Assembly: GCF_032191835.1 (NCBI RefSeq)
Contig: NC_083228.1
Location: 71,610,001 to 71,674,000 of the forward strand
Source: Heteronotia binoei
Taxonomy: Eukaryota
Length of the DNA: 64,000 nt
Reading direction: 5' to 3'
The translations under genes were made by a program, and so were the position numbers. Shown piece after piece: positions 1 to 11,440 of this stretch. Within the stretch, counting starts at the first letter, position 1. Each line of letters starts with the position of its first letter. A model generated the notes under the pieces. The model saw only the letters and a program-made list of their open reading frames with translations. It did no database searches and was not told the DNA's origin.

Positions 1-2175
1 CTGAGAACCACAGAGCTCAGGTGCGCTTCACCAAAACTACACATTCTGACCACTACTACTGCTGTGCATCAATCACCACGTCTTATTATGTAATCAGCGG
101 CTCCCACTCAGAGACCTCTGGGTTGTACCAGTTTCAGCTGCTTATTGAATATCACATTATCTATTTTTTGCTGGTAAGCACCAATACAGAAATAATGTGT
201 TCTGTTGCCAGATTCTTATCATTTGTGGGTTTCTTTATTCTGTTACAGAGATGAGTTTTAATTTGCCATGCTGTATATTATTGTTTACTGCTTTATATTT
301 TATCTGGTATCTGTATTGACTTTGCTGTCAGAGGACCATAATAATAAAGAAAAAAGAACATTTCAGAAACCTTTACTCCCCCCCCTTTTTTTTCTTACTT
401 CTCAAAAGCAGAAAGCAAATCTCTGATAACACTATGGGTTGTACATGTCATCATCTGCAAATTAAAAAGGCACATTACCTAATACCTACTTTCCTGAGGG
501 AGTGCAAATGAAGGAATGGAGATGTAAAAGTTTAATACATTTTTCCTGTGTTGAAACATGACATTGGTTAGCAAGAGTCATTGATCCCTTTCATTCCCTG
601 GCTTTGTTACCCAGTTATTTGTCTCTCCTGATAAGTTATAATATCTTTTACAATGTTTCTATCTTGCTGGGAAGAAAAAGGCTAAAACTCAGTGAAGTAG
701 TTCCTTAGACATCTGATTGTCTATCATTCCACCATTATTAAGATTTACCTGACTGTGATTCCTGTCAAAAAGTTAAAACAGGAACATTTCTTACATTTGC
801 ATCTTCCATCCCAGAAACTGCCCGGTATATGAATACCAAGAGGCATCTTCAAAAAGTCTAGCAAGAGCCCTGGATTTGGGGGAGTGATTCCCAAATGGAG
901 TAGCACCTGCAAAAAAATTTTAGGAGCACACCCATTGTCTCCTCCTGAATTAGACCCAATATCTGAGACTGAATTATATTTTGTATAGATTTCAATGGCA
1001 TCTTTATCATTGATAGAATGAATATATATAGATTAATTTTAAAGCATAAAAAGCTTATTATCTACTATGGGTCAATACAGAAATTAATAATTTTCACATT
1101 TTGAGCCTAATACTTATCCAAGTTTCCTGGTGTGGGGGATGTTAACAAAAAAGAATCTCTTTCACGTGGATTAGATATTCTTGGGGAAAAACTGCTAATG
1201 GATGCTGGAGATAAATGTACTCACAATCAATGCTTTAACTACATTGGGGACAAATTTTAAAGAATAGTTTAAGCCACATGTTAAAAAATAAGTAACTCTT
1301 AAGTGCTCAATTATGTGACTATTTCTTCTTCTTCTTCTTCTTATTTATTTATTTATATCCTGCCCATTCTGTGAAGACTCAAGGTGGCTAACAACATAAA
1401 ATAAACAGAGGCAACATTAGTAAACAGTATTTAAACCATAACAATAAAAACATAACAATTTAAACCATAACAATAAAATCACAGTGGTGCTACTACATCT
1501 ACTATAGGCAGGACTTTTATTAACTTAAGGGGGAGTAAGTGAGCCTAACATCAGACTATATCTAAAGTAGCATTTTTGTGCATGAAAGGTATAGTGAGGT
1601 GGGCAGAGTTTCTTCCTTAAGCGACATTTTCCCCCTTCACATTCACACACAAACATCCACTGTTGTCCCTGAAGATCCACCCATGCTTGGAAGTCATACC
1701 TTTGAAGTCAAGGGACTTAATTCTCAATATCTTGGGGATCAGAATGTAACTTAATCCATGTCCTAGCTAGAGGGTTTTGAATGTAAGTTAACATAGGCTA
1801 GGGAAGGCAATGGAGACACAGCTGGGTTATGTCCTGAGGCTGTGGACAGGCTTTGAGCTTTATAACCTCCCAAAACTATTTAGCTTTTGAAGCTTGTAAT
1901 GTTTAAATGTTGATGGCTTTACGGTTTTGATCCTTTTAAATTTGTAATATAAGTGGTCTAATATATCGGCCCTGTTGCCTGGGCTTCCTCTTACTGTGCT
2001 TAGTGACTTATTGTGATATTGTTTTGCCAATGCCTTGTTTATGTATTTTTAATTAATTGTGTAATTGATTGTGTAATTTCAAAAAACAGTATGATGGGGA
2101 TTTTTTAGGAAAGTGGAATATAAAATTTTAAAAACAGAGAAAGGACTGTTTAACATAACTGTTGTGGATAATGGG

Positions 2176-2687
2176 TAGGGTTGCCAAGTCTAATTCAAGA
2201 AATATCTGGGGACTTCGGGGATGGAGCCAGGAGACTTTGGGGGTGGAGCCAGGAGACATTGGGGCAGAGCCAGGAGCAAGAGTGTGACAAGCATAAATGA
2301 ACTCCAAGGGAGTTCTGGCCATCACATTGAAAGGGACAACACACCTTTTTAGATGCCTTCCTTCCATAGGAAATAATGAAGGATAGGGGCACCTTCTTTG
2401 GGGGCTCATAGAATTGGACCCCTTGGTCCAATCGTTTTGAAACTTGGGGGGTATTTTGAGAAGAGGCACTAGATGCTATACTGAAAATTTGGTGCCTCTA
2501 CCTCAAAACACAGCCTCCTTAGAGCCCCTGATATCCGCGGATCAATTCCCCATTATTCCCTAAAACTGCTGGAGATCTAGAGCTGTGGGGGGTGGGGCTT
2601 CCCCCCGCCGGCTAGCTGGTTGGGGGGCGGAAGGAAACTTGTAAAACCAGGAGATCCTCCGCTGGGACCTGGGGATTGGGAAGCCTA
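2176..2687 (+). mobile_element. Non-autonomous hAT-type MITE (TAGGGTTGCCA family)
   Basis: Starts tagggttgcca and ends tgggaagccta (imperfect TIRs). 8-bp TSD ataatggg at 2168-2175 and 2688-2695. Many related copies in the window. Confidence 0.85.
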
Positions 2688-3080
2688 ATAATGGGGGTTA
2701 AAAATGTATACACAAGGTAAAATTTGTCCTAGTATTATCTATGAGTCTGCAGAGACCAATTCTGATTTCTCATTAGCTTCACAGTGTATCAGCTCCTGCT
2801 TCATTCTTAGTAAGGTGAAAGCAAACTGAGGCCTAGACATTAATGAAACTCCTATACCATTAATACAAGAGGTGGAACTGAATAGGGCCAAATACAGCTT
2901 AATCAGCATTTTGGACCATAACTGAATAAACAACATGCCCATGGAAAGCTAAGCAGATGAACTATAAGAAATAATATTATAATAAAATTAATTAAATTTA
3001 ACGTCTAATATTTGTTTTAAATATTAGGATTTCTTCATTATTCTCAGCATATTATCTTGCATAGATTCTAGAAGGTAAAG

Positions 3081-3152
3081 ATGGAGGAGGAGGAGAAAAA
3101 GAAAGTTAAGATGGAAGTGGAGAATACATTGTTTGAGTGTGATGTTCCTGGG
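3081..3152 (+). CDS. Candidate first coding exon of an unidentified host gene (MEEEEKKKVKMEVENTLFECDVPG)
   Basis: Strong Kozak context (aagATGg), 24 open codons, consensus donor GGG|gtaagt. No homology recognised. Confidence 0.25.
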
Positions 3153-3484
3153 GTAAGTCCTTCTTAAAACTTTGCTTCACCACATGCCATCTTCAGATTT
3201 TCACCATCCTAGTTCCCCACTTCATTGGGGAAGGCATCAAGAATATCCTGGGACAGAATTCTTGCTTACATATAAAATTCATTGAATTTTGGGATTGATA
3301 ACTGAGTTATAAGGTAAATTTGATAGAGGCAAGACTTCTAAAGGGAGTGATGTTTATATGTTACAACACATACTGAGCTATATATTAAAAGGCAACATGA
3401 CAATACAGGATTTCAGTTAGAAAATTCTACATGCCAAGAAATTCCCATTTCAGACAAACTTTATTATTATTATTATGCTTTAAT

Positions 3485-4102
3485 AAGGAAATTGAAAACA
3501 AATCAGCCAGTATCATAATACCCCTGTATAAATCGATGGTGTGGTCTCATTTGGAATACTGTATACAATTCTGGTCACCGCACCTCAAAAAGGATATTAT
3601 AGCATTGGAAAAAGTGCAGAAAAGGGCAACTAGAATGATTAAAGGTTTGGAACACTTTCCCTATGAAGAAAAGTTAAAACGCTTGGGGCACTTTAGCTTG
3701 GAGAAATGTCGACTGCAGGGTGACATGATAGAGGTTTACAAGATTATGCATGGGTTGGAGAAAGTAGAGAAATAAGTACTTTTCTCCCTTTCTCACAATA
3801 CAAGAACTCGTGGGCATTCAATGAAATTGCTGAGCAGTCAGGTTAAAATGGATAGAAGGAAGTACTTCTTCACTCAAGGGGTGATTAACATGTGGATTTC
3901 ACTGCCACAGGAGGTGGTGGCGGCTATAAGCATAGCCAGCTTCAAGAGGGGGTTAGATAAAAATATGGAGCAGAGGTCCATCAGTGGCTATTAGCCACAG
4001 TGTTTGTGTGTTTGTGTGTGTGTGTATTTGGCCACTGTGTGACACAGAGTGTTGGACTGGATGGGCCATTGGCCTGATCCAACATGGCTTCTCTTATGTT
4101 CT
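3485..4102 (+). mobile_element. 5'-truncated CR1 LINE (ORF2 C-terminus and 3' UTR)
   Basis: ORF 3431-3775 contains the CR1 motifs LYKSMVWSHLEYCIQFWSP and LEKVQKRATRMI. Ends in the tail ggcttctcttatgttct. Confidence 0.92.
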
Positions 4103-4588
4103 AACTTTGTTATACATAAACCCAGCACCCTGCTGCAACGTAGTAACATCTTTAATATTCAGTAACCTGAGAAGGGTGCTACCCAAAATAGGCAGTCTCC
4201 ACCTAATTTGGGGGAATTAGCTTGGAGATAGAGCAAGAAGCAGGTAATTGGAATTCCCGCCCATGTATATATGGATTTGTCCCTATGAGAACTCTCTGAG
4301 ATAACCAGGTATTAAAAGTAAAATAGAAAGCAGAATAAAACAAGGATACACACAGAAAACACTTAAAAGAACTAAGAAAGTCAGGGAGAAAAGGGAAAGG
4401 TGATAATTATTGATCCTGAAGTGGTCTGTGGAAGCAGCAAGTTGAAGAAGGAAATGGCCAACTTTGGTTTTGGGGTGATATTTAGAGAGATGTTTCTAAC
4501 TCTTTAAGTTATAAACTGACCCTAGCAGGAGGGGTCTGATTGCTAACATAAGGGGACTTCATATAAAATCTGATCCCTTTACAGTTCC

Positions 4589-4698
4589 TTATCCCTCTCT
4601 TTTATAAAGCTACTTCCTCCAACTAATAGCTGTCTGAGTTCCCTTATCCCTCTCTTTTATAAAGCTACTTCCTCCAACTAATAGCTGTCTGAGTTCCC
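4589..4698. repeat. 55-bp tandem duplication
   Basis: ttatccctctcttttataaagctacttcctccaactaatagctgtctgagttccc occurs twice head to tail. Confidence 0.9.
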
Positions 4699-5399
4699 TC
4701 CCATTGGCTTCTGTATTCCTAAGTGGTTTTTTAAAATAACTTTTAAAAGCTACCTCACTAGTGTGCAAGGTTTCCTCTTCTGTCCATGTATTTTGTGAGC
4801 TAATGCTGGGATGGTTAGTTGTGACTTCTTCCCAAGTAAACATAGATCAAGCTGTTAGTCACTTATTCAACACAAGGAAGCTATATTCACCATAACTGTT
4901 GATTACTGCTCTAGTGATTACAGCATAGGACTACAAGTGCTATGTCTGTATACATGGTGCATGTATGGAGGAAAAAGCAGGATAATACTTGCTTTCCCTG
5001 CTTCTTTTGGTATGCGCACTCAGAATAACTTGTTCTAGGTGACCAGGCTTTATTGTACCTACAAATGTATGCATGTATAATTATTTAGGAATATTCAGAG
5101 GTCATTTTGGAGAAAAATAGGTGGTGGAGCTCATTCAGGGATTGTTATGCAGCTGCACATATTCTTCAATGGACAAGGACATGGAACTCTCAAAAGGAGG
5201 AGGTGGAACTCTCAGAAAGGTTCAGGAGCTGTGCTCCTGTGAGCTCCCACTGAATCTCAGGCCTGGGAATATAGCTGACTGTGCATAGAGAGGTGAGGGA
5301 CTAGATAAATTGGTGTTATCTCCTCTCCATGAGATTTTACTGTATACAAATTGACATCAACGTAGTCTTTGTATGTTGCTTTATTGAGAGGAAGGAAGG

Positions 5400-5515
5400 C
5401 AGTCTGGTATAGTCTGAACCTACCAGATCTCTGAAACTAAGCAGGGTCAGCACTTGGAGGGGAGACTGCCAAAGAAGGCTCTGCAGAGGAAGGCAATAGC
5501 AAGCCACTTCTATTT
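5400..5515 (+). mobile_element. Degenerate 5S-rRNA-derived SINE fragment (5S-Sauria-like)
   Basis: gatctctgaaactaagcagggtc resembles 5S box A. It is followed by a Sauria-type segment, gaggaaggcaatagcaagccac. Confidence 0.6.
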
Positions 5516-6379
5516 TTTATTTGTCTTAAAAAGCACCATGCTGGGGTTTCTGTGAGTTGGTTGATACTTGATGGCACTTACATATATAAGTTATTGAGAG
5601 GCTCATGCATTCTGTATTTATGTATATTGTGTCTTGCATACAAGATACCTCCTTCTGTCTACATTTCACTTGCATTTTATTTCCCACAGCTCATTCAAAT
5701 ACATTAAAATGCTGCGAATGAGAGACTCCACTCAACCATCTCTATTTGTTCCTTTCCATTTAAGTAATTTCTGTGGAAGTTTCTTGATCTTCTTTTACTT
5801 CTGCCTCAGCTCATTCTAAGTAGTAGTTCATCGTTCTAATTATGTTCAATTACTCCATTGGTTTATCCTTTACTTAAAGTACTTTTCATTGCCATGGGAT
5901 AAAAACCACCTTATCTGTATTTATGGGGGGAATTAATGAGTCACTTTATTATAGGCAGTGATAAAATGAAAGGTGAAAAAGAAATGTGATCCAGCTATGG
6001 AAAAAGGGACAAAAGCAAATGGATTGGGCATGATCTAGAAATGCTTCTTAATCTACCTGAGTAGTTTAATTAAATGAATTGGTTTGCTGTAATTTTAGAG
6101 AATATTTTTCCTTATGGCAAGTCAGATTTTCAAATGCACAGTTCTTTGATTTTTTTGTGAGCCTAATCAACTGTCCTGTGGTCAGAGTTTTTAAATGATC
6201 CACTTAAAACATGCTATCTTTTGAAAATTTAGTGCTGATGCAGAATGAGAAATTTTAACTAAAAAGAGAAATTAATGACTAAAAAAAAAAAGAAATTTTG
6301 ACTAAAATGAGAAATTAATGACTAAAAAAAAGACAGTGACCATGGGGAGAATGCCAGCTTGGAAGTTTGCATTGAATAG

Positions 6380-6555
6380 AAAGAAGCCTCCTGAAGCCCG
6401 CTGCATCGCAGCCTGGCGGAAGGGGAAGTTTTGCCCCCCCTTGGAGGGAGAGCGGAATCTTCAGCGCGCTTTTGAGCGCGTCCTGAGGGGGCGGGGCTTC
6501 AACGCTGTTGCTGAAGCCCCGCTCGGCGCCGCGGCAGTCTTCCCGGCGTTTTCGG
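6380..6555 (+). repeat. Ngaro repeat A1
   Basis: 176 bp, identical by eye to A2 at 11438-11613. Confidence 0.95.
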
Positions 6556-6851
6556 AGGGCTCGCAGCATGTTTGCAAGCTCTTGACGCGTCGGGGCTGTC
6601 TGGGCCGTGGAGCCTGTGGAGCGTCTTGTGGATCGGCTGAGAGGAGCGGAACGCGTCGCGGGAGCATTTTTCTTGAACAGTTTGATTGCCGGGGCTTGCT
6701 GTGTGCCCTGGAGCATTTTTGTCTTGGGGGCTGTTATAGGGTGTTCTTTTGGGCTGGTCTTTTGCAGGGGCTCTAGGAACGTCGCCTTTTGGGGTAAAGA
6801 GTAGTCCATTTGGATCCCCCCTCTTTCCTTGCTTGCTACTGGACTGCCCAG

Positions 6852-6897
6852 TCTTGGAAGCTAAGCAGGGACGGCCCTGTTTAGCTCTTGGATGGGA
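6852..6897 (+). promoter_or_regulatory. 5S rRNA internal-control-region-like segment (box A to box C) inside the Ngaro leader
   Basis: tcttggaagctaagcagggacggccctgtttagctcttggatggga matches vertebrate 5S rRNA nt ~43-88 at 40/46 (compared from memory of the 5S sequence). The flanks are not 5S. Confidence 0.7.
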
Positions 6898-7590
6898 AGA
6901 AAGGAGAGGTCCCCTGTGCAAGCACCAGTCGTTTCTGACTCTGCGGGGACGTTGCTTTCACATTTTCATGGCAGAGTTTTTATGGGGTGGTTTCCCCTTG
7001 CCTTCCCCAGTCATCTGCACTTTCCCCTTAGCAAGCTGGGGACTAGGTTGGCCGACCTCAAAAGGATGGAGGGTTGAGTCGACCTTGAGCCGGCTGCCTG
7101 GGCCCAGCTTCCGCGGAGATTGGGTCGTGGGCGGAGGGCTCAGACTGCAGTGCTGCGGCTCTGCCGCTCTGTGCCACGGGACTGCTGCTTTAGCATAGGA
7201 AAGGAAAGGTCCCCTGTGCAAGCACCAGTCGTTTCTGACTCTGCGGGGACGTTGCTTTCACATTTTCATGGCAGAGTTTTTGTGGGGTGGTTTCCCATTG
7301 CCTTCCCCAGTCAACTGCACTTTCCCCTTAGCAAGCTGGGGACTAGTTTGGCCGACCTCGAAAGGATGGAGGGTTGAGTCGACCTTGGGCCGGCTGCCTG
7401 GGCCCAGCTTCCGCCGGGATCGGGTCGTGGGCGGAGGGCTCAGACTGCAGTGCTGCGGCTCTGCCGCTCTGTGCCACGGGGCTGCTGCTTTAGCATAGGA
7501 AAGGAAAGGTCCCCTGTGCAAGCACCAGTCGTTTCCGCCTCTGGGGTGACGTTGCTGTCACAGCGTTTTCATAGCAGACTTTTTTAGGTG
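6898..7590 (-). mobile_element. Tandem Sauria SINE copies (two full ~300-bp units plus one partial) inside the Ngaro leader, antisense
   Basis: 300-bp period (units near 6900, 7200, 7500). The minus strand reads a tRNA-like head gccccgtggcacagag, then gactggggaaggcaatgggaaaccacc, then the tail caggggacctttcctttcc. Confidence 0.8.
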
Positions 7591-7624
7591 CCTTATTCAG
7601 GACTGTGGTGCTGTCAGGGGATTG

Positions 7625-7930
7625 GGTAGCCATTTGACCAGGACTGTGGGGAACGGCAGGGCTGGGCGGCCGTTTTGAGAGGCTGAAATTCGGGGGTGCT
7701 GGTAAGAGTACTTCTCCCTGAGGCTGGGTGGCCATTTTTAGCCTTTCTTCTTCTCCCTCATACCTTGTGCTTGGGGCGGCCATTTTGAGGTGCTGTACTT
7801 CTCCCTGGTGCTTGGCGGCCATTTTGGCCTTGCTTCTTCTTCATCACACCCTTGCTCTTGGGGCGGCCATTTTACGAGGTGTTTAGGCAGCGGCCATTTT
7901 AGAGTCACTGGGGTGGTGGCCATTTTGTGG
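7625..7930. promoter_or_regulatory. Cluster of about 8 GGCCATTTT / GCGGCCATTTT (YY1-like) motifs upstream of gag
   Basis: Motif repeated near 7629, 7666 (variant), 7731, 7777, 7815, 7863, 7890 and 7918. Confidence 0.45.
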
Positions 7931-8020
7931 GCTGTTTTCCTCCTTTTATTCCTTTGCTGGCCTCAGGCTTGGCTAAGCTAGTTAAAGAAAGTCTGCTGTT
8001 TGCTGTGCTCTTTGGCAAAC

Positions 8021-9095
8021 ATGTCGGGTCGCAAAGGCAGTGGAAAATCAAAAGGGAAACAGCCTGCCCCTAAGGCTCCTAAGCCTCCTTTTAAGCCCCC
8101 CCCCCCTTCGTCTTCGGACACTGAAGGGGACGATGAAGTTAATGCAGCCATTTTTCAGAGGCTGCGGGCACTTGAGCAGGCATCGGGGTTTCCACCTTCT
8201 CAGTTGCCCAAGATGGGTCGGTTGTCCAAGCGTGCTTTGCAGGCAGATGTATTGACCCGCTTATCTCTTTTGGAGGGCAGATCTGCTGTAGTTGCTGCTG
8301 GAGGAGCTGTGGGGCCTGCTTGCTCTGATGTTGGTGCGGGCACGTCGTCCGGTGCGGGAGGTACTGGATCAGCTTTGGTGCCTGCTTTATCAGCTGGTAA
8401 GTCGGGGGAAGGCTCTTTGCCTCATCCTGGGCCTGTGTGGCCTTGGGGGGCTTGGGGGTCTGCTGGTCCTGGTGGGGTGGGTGCTCCATTGGGCAGTGCT
8501 GGGGGCTCCTTCTACTCCGGGCTTAGAGCAGCAGAGCAACCGGATGTAACCACAGGGTCAGTTGGTCCTTTGGGTAATTGGCCCGTGGTTGGTCAGCAGG
8601 GATCGGCAGCGACTTGGCCTGGAGGTTGGGGTTTCCCATCTCCATACGGGGCGGTCCCCTTTAGTGCTATGCCTTTTGGGGAGGTGGCTCTGCCGCTGGG
8701 TGATCACCTGCTGCCTGCCACAAGACAGAAAAGCTTATAATGGGAATATGTGGTCGTATTCCCCCTTTTAATTAGGGAAGTGGAGAAGGGGGACAAGGAG
8801 GAGTTGGACGATAAAGAGAAGAAGCAGCTCTGGAAGAGGAAGGTTTATCTGACCTTGGCCAATTGGCTCCCGGGGTTTTTCATATATGCGGGAGTGATAG
8901 CTCGTGCGCAGCCCTGGCGGGCCGCCGCGTTGATTCAATATATGGACATCATATACAAGGGGTATACGATGTTCAGCGGCCTGGCCTGGATCCAATATGA
9001 CCAGGAGTTCAGGATGAGGGCCGCTTTGTACCCTTCACTCCCTTGGGATCGGATTCACCAACAGTGTGGCTGCAGGTGATGTCACCTCAGCTGGC
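8021..9095 (+). pseudogene. Ngaro gag-like ORF1, in-frame stop at 8738-8740, 3'-truncated
   Basis: MSGRKGSGKSKGKQP..., then PLGDHLLPATRQK and WLPGFFIYAGVIARAQP, homologous to ORF 45493-47034. The zinc-finger C-terminus is absent. Confidence 0.88.
8394..8402 (+). promoter_or_regulatory. Predicted 5' splice donor in gag (CTG|gtaagt, phase 1, intron starts 8397)
   Basis: Consensus GTAAGT after the first base of the codon at 8396. A same-phase donor exists in the second element. Confidence 0.65.
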
Positions 9096-9137
9096 CACAG
9101 ACGCTGATCTGGAAGCGGCGCCAATGCCCCAGGAGCT

Positions 9138-10038
9138 ATGGCTGATTGGAGAGCCGAGGCCTGCAGAGTGTATAGGCTTAGCCATTGTACCTAGCACCAG
9201 GAAGTCTTATGAGCGTGCTGTGTGGCAGTTTGAGGACTTTAGGGCTGAGGTAGGGTATCGCATTGTTGGCCCCTCCCAGTGGAGCAGTTGCTCCATTATT
9301 GTCTTTCCTTGAGAGGTAAGGGATTGGCCATGCGATCAATTCGGGGACGCATGTCTGCGCTGGCCTTCGCTAGCAAGGCCTTGGGGTTTAAGAGGAATCA
9401 GCAGATTTTCGTATTCGAAAGATGCTGGAAGGGTGGTCCTAGGGAGGCTAGGCCTATGCCTGATACTAGGGTCCCTTTGTCTCCTGATATTCTTCGGGGT
9501 TTGAAAGGGGGTTTGGAGCGCAGTGCGTGCGTCTCATTTCGAGGCAGTTTTGTTCCATGCAGCCTCTTTGGTACCCCTTTGGGGCTCTGAGGGTTAGTGA
9601 ACTGGTGGCAAGCTCCAAGAATGATGTTTCGGGTAGGGCGTTGTTATTGAAGGATATTACGTTGCCCAAGAGGGCACGGGGACTGTGCTAGAGTTAGGTC
9701 CGTGTTCGGAGGCGGAGCTTTGCCCAGTTTCCGCATTAGCTGACTATTTGGCTTTGCGGGAGGGCTGCGAAGGATCGCTGTATTGTCACGCTGGGGGCAG
9801 TCCGTTGGCAAAGCATCAATTTTGGACTGTGATATCAAAGGCTTTAGCCCTGTTGGGTTTGTCTGGATTGAGGTTTGGTACCCATTCCTTCAGAATCGGT
9901 GCAGCCTCGACGGCTGCTGCCCTGGGTTATCCTACTTCGTCCGTTCACGCCCTGGGTTATCCTACTTCGTCCATTCAACGCCTGGGCCGTTGGCGTTCTC
10001 CAGCTTACAAAGGTTATATTCGCCCTTTGCTCCGCTAA
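9138..10038 (+). pseudogene. Ngaro tyrosine recombinase, frameshifted
   Basis: Fragments STRKSYERA, ALRVSEL (shifted frame), GTHSFRIGAASTAA and LGRWRSPAYKGY. Includes an in-frame 30-nt duplication (ALGYPTSSVH/ALGYPTSSIQ). Confidence 0.9.
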
Positions 10039-10084
10039 TAAGTTTTGGTTAGGAGCTGGGGGTATTTTGAGGTTTGGGTTGTAT

Positions 10085-10110
10085 AACTTGTCTGTTTCTT
10101 CCTTTTAGAT
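10085..10110 (+). promoter_or_regulatory. Predicted 3' splice acceptor before the SGNH frame (ataacttgtctgtttcttccttttag|AT, phase 1)
   Basis: Branch-like TAAC, a pyrimidine tract and TAG ending at 10108. The hydrolase codon frame starts at 10111. Confidence 0.7.
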
Positions 10111-10989
10111 GCTGTTGTTCCTGGCCGGAGGAGCAGAGTTCTCATCTGCGGGCGCAGTTATGTGTTTTGGGAGGCACATCAAGCTCGGAGAACTGCTGTT
10201 GGCTCTCAGCTGGGGCTCAGCAAACATGTCACGATAGAATGGAGGGGGCGCCTGGGTCTTCAGTGGCCTGGCTTGCTTCCCCTTTTGTTTCATGGGTCTG
10301 GGGGCCCTCCTCCGCAGGTATTGATTTTTCACCTGGGAGGGAATGATCTCGGGCTGATTAAGGGCAAGGCATTGATCTTGCAGGCTCGAGACGATTTCAG
10401 GTACATAAGGAACAGATGGCCTGGTACCATTATAGTTTGGTCGGCCATGATTCCGCGCTTGGTGTGGCGCTGTGCCTGGGGGTTTATGGCACCATGCGGC
10501 CTGGGGAGGACCGGTTAGCCTCCCCCTTTTGGGGAGTTAGGGGTCTGTCAGGATCAACCTTGGGTGTGGCTCGAGGTTTGTGAATGCAGACTGTCCTGGA
10601 GACTCGATTGGATGGGAGCCTTTCGCTGAGACTCGCGTCTGGTGTTTGGGCCCTCCGGTGCGAGCCTCCCTGCTGGGCCTGCCTAACGGGAGCTGTGGCT
10701 CACAGCTCCGGCTGGGGGGCTGGGTCTCTCGCCCGCTGAAAAAGGCAGGGGAGCGGTCTGATGAGACCCCTGGCCCTGACCTGGCCGCAGTTCTGTTGCC
10801 CACCGAGCGAATAAGGAAATTTGCAAGTTTATGGAGGGTGGTTTGGGCCACTATTTGCCCCATCCGGATATTTCTAAAGACCTCTACAGAGGGGATGGTG
10901 TGCATCTCTCGGAAAAGGGTAATGTGCTTTTTCTGAGTGTTTTGCGGCAAGGGCTTTTGTTGGGTTTTGGGTCTTTTTGTGGGTGCTAA
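10109..10989 (+). pseudogene. Ngaro SGNH/GDSL-like hydrolase, interrupted by a partial B repeat (10483-10800)
   Basis: Block I VLICGRSYVFW, block III IFHLGGNDLG and block V YRGDGVHLS (after the insertion). Confidence 0.88.
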
Positions 10990-11018
10990 GCCCTAAGTAG
11001 AGACTTGGCCTTAGTTGT

Positions 11019-11440
11019 GGCAGGTTCTACGGGGTTATGGCACCATGCGGCCTGGGGAGGACCGGTTAGCCTCCCCCTTTTGGGGAGTTAGGGGTCTGTC
11101 AGGATCAACCTTGGGTGTGGCTCGAGGTTTGTGAATGCAGACTGTCCTGGAGACTCGATTGGATGGGTGCCTTTCGCTGAGACTCGCGTCTGGTGTTTGG
11201 GCCCTCCGGTGCGAGCCTCCCTGCTGGGCCTGCCTAACGGGAGCTGTGGCTCACAGCTCCGGCTGGGGGGCCGGGTCTCTCGCCCGCTGAAAAAGGCAGG
11301 GGAGCGGTCTGAGGAGACCCCTGGCCCTGACCTGGCCGCAGTTCGGTTGCCCTTGCCGTTGCTAGTTATTTTAATAAAAGTGGCCCATATTTTCACCAAT
11401 TTAATTGTGTCCGTCTCTTTATTCCGACTTGGGGGGCAAA
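11019..11440 (+). repeat. Ngaro repeat B1
   Basis: Matches B2 (11810-12224) except for a 7-nt indel. Contains AATAAA near its 3' end. Confidence 0.95.

Noticed and set aside
6852-6897. A true 5S rRNA gene
   Set aside because: Only 46 nt match, and the 5' and 3' parts of 5S are absent.
6315-7981. Numerous overlapping 60-160-aa ORFs in the Ngaro leader and repeats
   Set aside because: GC-rich repeat and SINE sequence with few stops. The same peptides recur at each repeat copy and have no domain motifs.
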